Assembly (NCBI GenBank): GCA_963703315.1
Contig: OY969811.1
Coordinates: 2,304,001 to 2,368,000, forward strand
Reading direction: 5' to 3'
Source: an uncultured cyanobacterium
Lineage (GTDB): Bacteria > Cyanobacteriota > Cyanobacteriia > Pseudanabaenales > Pseudanabaenaceae
DNA length: 64,000 nt
Each line of letters starts with the position of its first letter. The first letter of the stretch is position 1. The notes under the pieces were generated by a model. It did not search any database and was not told the origin of the DNA. It saw only the letters and a program-made list of their open reading frames with translations. Of this stretch, positions 61,629-64,000 are shown piece after piece. A program made the translations under genes and the position numbers.

Positions 61629-63365
61629 TTACAAGCGCTTAACTTTGCTTTTGAGAATCTTTTCCTCCACTTCATTGATTTGTACCTCACGCAATCGCGT
61701 TGCATAGGCAGGAAATGGAAAACCTACTAGCAACGGTGATGGAACTTCGGGCTGATGGATAAACATACTCCCTGATTTTAATAACAGCGATCGCTTCCGA
61801 CAAGCACCTGTCAAGAAATTATATTCAGGGCGTTCCACCTCGGCGGAGTCCAAACGACCAACCACCCGCACCGCCGCCTGTCCAACCACGCGCCGTTCTA
61901 CTTCTGAAGCAGTTTGTTGTGCGCCGATCAAAATAATGCCTAGCGATCGCCCTCGTTCTGCTATTTCCACTAATAGATCTTTAATGGGGCTACGACCTTC
62001 TTTGGGCGCATATTTATTCAACTCATCAAGGACGATAAAGACAACGGGATATTGACCACGCTTTTCCTTTTCCATGAAGAGTTTTTGTAACAGCACACCC
62101 ACGACAAACTTTTGGGCTTTACTACCGAGCTTGTTGATATCGGCGATCGTTAACTGATATTCCGCCGCAAGGGGATCGAGCTTATATTTTTGTAATTCTT
62201 CGGGTGGAAGATCGCCACGAATCAGATGCCCCATTTCATCGGCAATTCCCCAAAGACGACGGGTGAGAGCCTCCGCAGTCGCAGGAGCATTACGTCCTAG
62301 CCATTTTTGATCAGGATTCTCCACTAATTTATCTTCGAGAAATTCAATCAAATCACGGAAAGTTTCTACCTTGTCTTTGCCATCTTCACCATAGCTATCA
62401 TCTAAATCAAGACTAGCTCTAGGCATAAATCCTAGCTTTCTATCATATTTGTCATTATCCGCCGCTAATCTTGCCAAACGTTCTTCGACAATACTTGCCA
62501 AAAAGCCAATATTTCCACGCTCTAGATCGTCACCTGCAAATAAGAAACGAAAGAGGCGATCGCGACAAAATTCACGCATACCCCACACATAAGCGGAAAT
62601 ATTATCGGAACGTTGATCGAGATGGGGTTCTATCTCTTGCGTGTTTTTCTTAGGCGCAACACAAAACCGAACGTCTTGGAATGGCTCTACAGGTAGATCA
62701 AGGGCATGGTAAGTAGCTCGATCCTCTTCGCGCATCTTATTATTTGCTTTATCTAAGAAGAATAAATCTTCTCCCTTGACATTAAAAATTAGAGCTTTAG
62801 TATTTGCTCTTTTGGAACCAAGTGCTGCCGAATTAAAAATGGAATGGAGCAGAAATAGAGCAAAGGAAGTTTTAGTGGCTACGCCTGAAATTCCTGAAAT
62901 ATTGACATGAGCGCCTTTCGTACCATCGATAAATTCATAATTCAAATAGGCTGGACTGCCATTTCGCATGATTCCTGCGGAGATGCGTTGTTCCATGCCA
63001 TCGAAGTTTAGCGCAAATCGGAGGTTCTCATCTTCGGCTAAATAGACCGCATCGCTGGGCTGTGGTGGTAAATACTCTTCTGGCTCAATGCGTGTGACTT
63101 GGATATGGGCAGCATAGGAGACATTCACGGGCATACTGCCACTGGTAACTAGGAATGTATCCGTATCAAATTGGGTTCCTTCATGGATGGTTCGCACATG
63201 ATCAACGACTCCATAGAAGTTGACGACCCCTTTTTTGTCAGGGCGATCAGTCTTTACCTGTATGACATCATCAAGGCGAAGGACTTTACCATCGCTGACT
63301 GCCACCCAAAATTCGAGAGGTGTAGCGTCTTTGGTTCCTAATATGTATCCAATCGGCTCGATCAT
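61629..63365 (-). CDS. HerA-like ATPase
   Basis: N-terminal HAS-barrel-like region, HVNISGISGVATKT, IVLDELNKYAP, RGRSLG...GAQQ. Confidence 0.8.
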   Translation of the reverse strand: MIEPIGYILGTKDATPLEFWVAVSDGKVLRLDDVIQVKTDRPDKKGVVNFYGVVDHVRTIHEGTQFDTDTFLVTSGSMPVNVSYAAHIQVTRIEPEEYLPPQPSDAVYLAEDENLRFALNFDGMEQRISAGIMRNGSPAYLNYEFIDGTKGAHVNISGISGVATKTSFALFLLHSIFNSAALGSKRANTKALIFNVKGEDLFFLDKANNKMREEDRATYHALDLPVEPFQDVRFCVAPKKNTQEIEPHLDQRSDNISAYVWGMREFCRDRLFRFLFAGDDLERGNIGFLASIVEERLARLAADNDKYDRKLGFMPRASLDLDDSYGEDGKDKVETFRDLIEFLEDKLVENPDQKWLGRNAPATAEALTRRLWGIADEMGHLIRGDLPPEELQKYKLDPLAAEYQLTIADINKLGSKAQKFVVGVLLQKLFMEKEKRGQYPVVFIVLDELNKYAPKEGRSPIKDLLVEIAERGRSLGIILIGAQQTASEVERRVVGQAAVRVVGRLDSAEVERPEYNFLTGACRKRSLLLKSGSMFIHQPEVPSPLLVGFPFPAYATRLREVQINEVEEKILKSKVKRL

Positions 63366-63424
63366 GTCATTACTTCTATTTTGTTTTGCAAGTTCTGCAA
63401 ATATTTTATACCAGTTCTCCCAAG

Positions 63425-63475
63425 AGCTATAGGAGTTTTCATTTTGCCAAAGGTAAAATGAAAACTCCTATAGCT
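63425..63475. repeat. palindrome, CC-AAA-GG loop
   Basis: AGCTATAGGAGTTTTCATTTTGCC AAA GGTAAAATGAAAACTCCTATAGCT. Confidence 0.8.
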
Positions 63476-63570
63476 AGGCATAAGTAAACTTAAAACCTAG
63501 AAGCTTGTACCGCCCGCTAAGCGGGCGGTACAAGCTCTGGTTTTGGGTTTTAACTATGCTGAGCTACTTA
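63471..63570. repeat. family A termini with a different central hairpin
   Basis: TAGCTAGGCATA...TATGCTGAGCTACTTA; core AGCTTGTACCGCCCGC TAA GCGGGCGGTACAAGCT. Confidence 0.75.
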
Positions 63571-64000
63571 CAAAGTAAGCGCTAGCTGATAAATTTGGCG
63601 GCGTGGTAATTCGGCGAGTTCGGCTAATTGACGACTGGCTTCCGATCGCGAAATCCCTGAATCAATCAAATTTTGAAGTTCTTTCAAAATTACATCCTCA
63701 GTCCATATCGGCTTTTCACTAAGTTTTGCGCCTTCTAAAACTAACGTAAATTCACCTTTAGGAGCATGAATCGTAAAATAGGAAATAGCATCTTCTATAG
63801 AACCGCGCCAAAATTCTTCATGGAGTTTAGTGAGTTCTCTAGCGATCGCAATTTGCCGCTCTTTACCTAAACTTTCTGCTAAGTCTTCAAGAGTCCGCAA
63901 TAACCGATGGGGCGCTTCATAGAGAATCATTGTCCGCGTTTCTAACCGCAAGATTTCTAAGCGATCGCGCCGTTCTTTTTTATCCGTTGGTAAAAATCCA
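63568..64000 (-). CDS. rsmI: 16S rRNA (cytidine1402-2'-O)-methyltransferase (partial, 5' end outside window)
   Basis: GFLP, YEAPHRL, ARELTKLHEE, KGEF. Confidence 0.93.
   Translation of the reverse strand, partial: GFLPTDKKERRDRLEILRLETRTMILYEAPHRLLRTLEDLAESLGKERQIAIARELTKLHEEFWRGSIEDAISYFTIHAPKGEFTLVLEGAKLSEKPIWTEDVILKELQNLIDSGISRSEASRQLAELAELPRRQIYQLALTL

Larger units (their letters stand above)
1..64000. repeat. HIP1 (GCGATCGC) highly iterated palindrome
   Basis: Dozens of copies in most resident genes; established cyanobacterial signature. Confidence 0.95.

Noticed and set aside
1..64000. tRNA, rRNA, integrase or prophage genes
   Set aside because: No cloverleaf, rRNA signature or phage/recombinase ORF recognised.

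Overview
Chromosomal window from a cyanobacterium. Evidence: dense HIP1 octamers (GCGATCGC), psaK, a psb28 paralogue and a hox operon. A Pseudanabaena-like filamentous strain is my inference, not something I can confirm. Core content: a bidirectional [NiFe]-hydrogenase locus (hoxEFUYH, hoxW, hypA, hypB, hypE) divergent from pfkA, plus ispH, psaK, recQ, prlC, a HerA-like ATPase, partial rsmI, a glycosyltransferase/polymerase cluster and a PAS histidine kinase. Accessory content: a membrane-anchored P450, an Rpn nuclease between two ~183-bp structured direct repeats, an HTH-NB-ARC-TPR gene split by an intact IS5, a desaturase plus CFA-type methyltransferase pair, and CHAT/AAA and AAA/WD40 ATPases converging on a divergent papain-like peptidase. 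The most striking unexplained structure is non-coding. Many intergenic spaces hold palindromic elements from several families, almost all closed by a C-NNA-G triloop. Their outer arms differ between copies yet are each self-complementary, and they often include neighbouring stop codons. One palindrome is interrupted by a 218-bp MITE with a 6-bp target duplication. A probable structured ncRNA (6S-like) lies at ~39.2 kb. All product calls are from motif recognition; no database searches were run.
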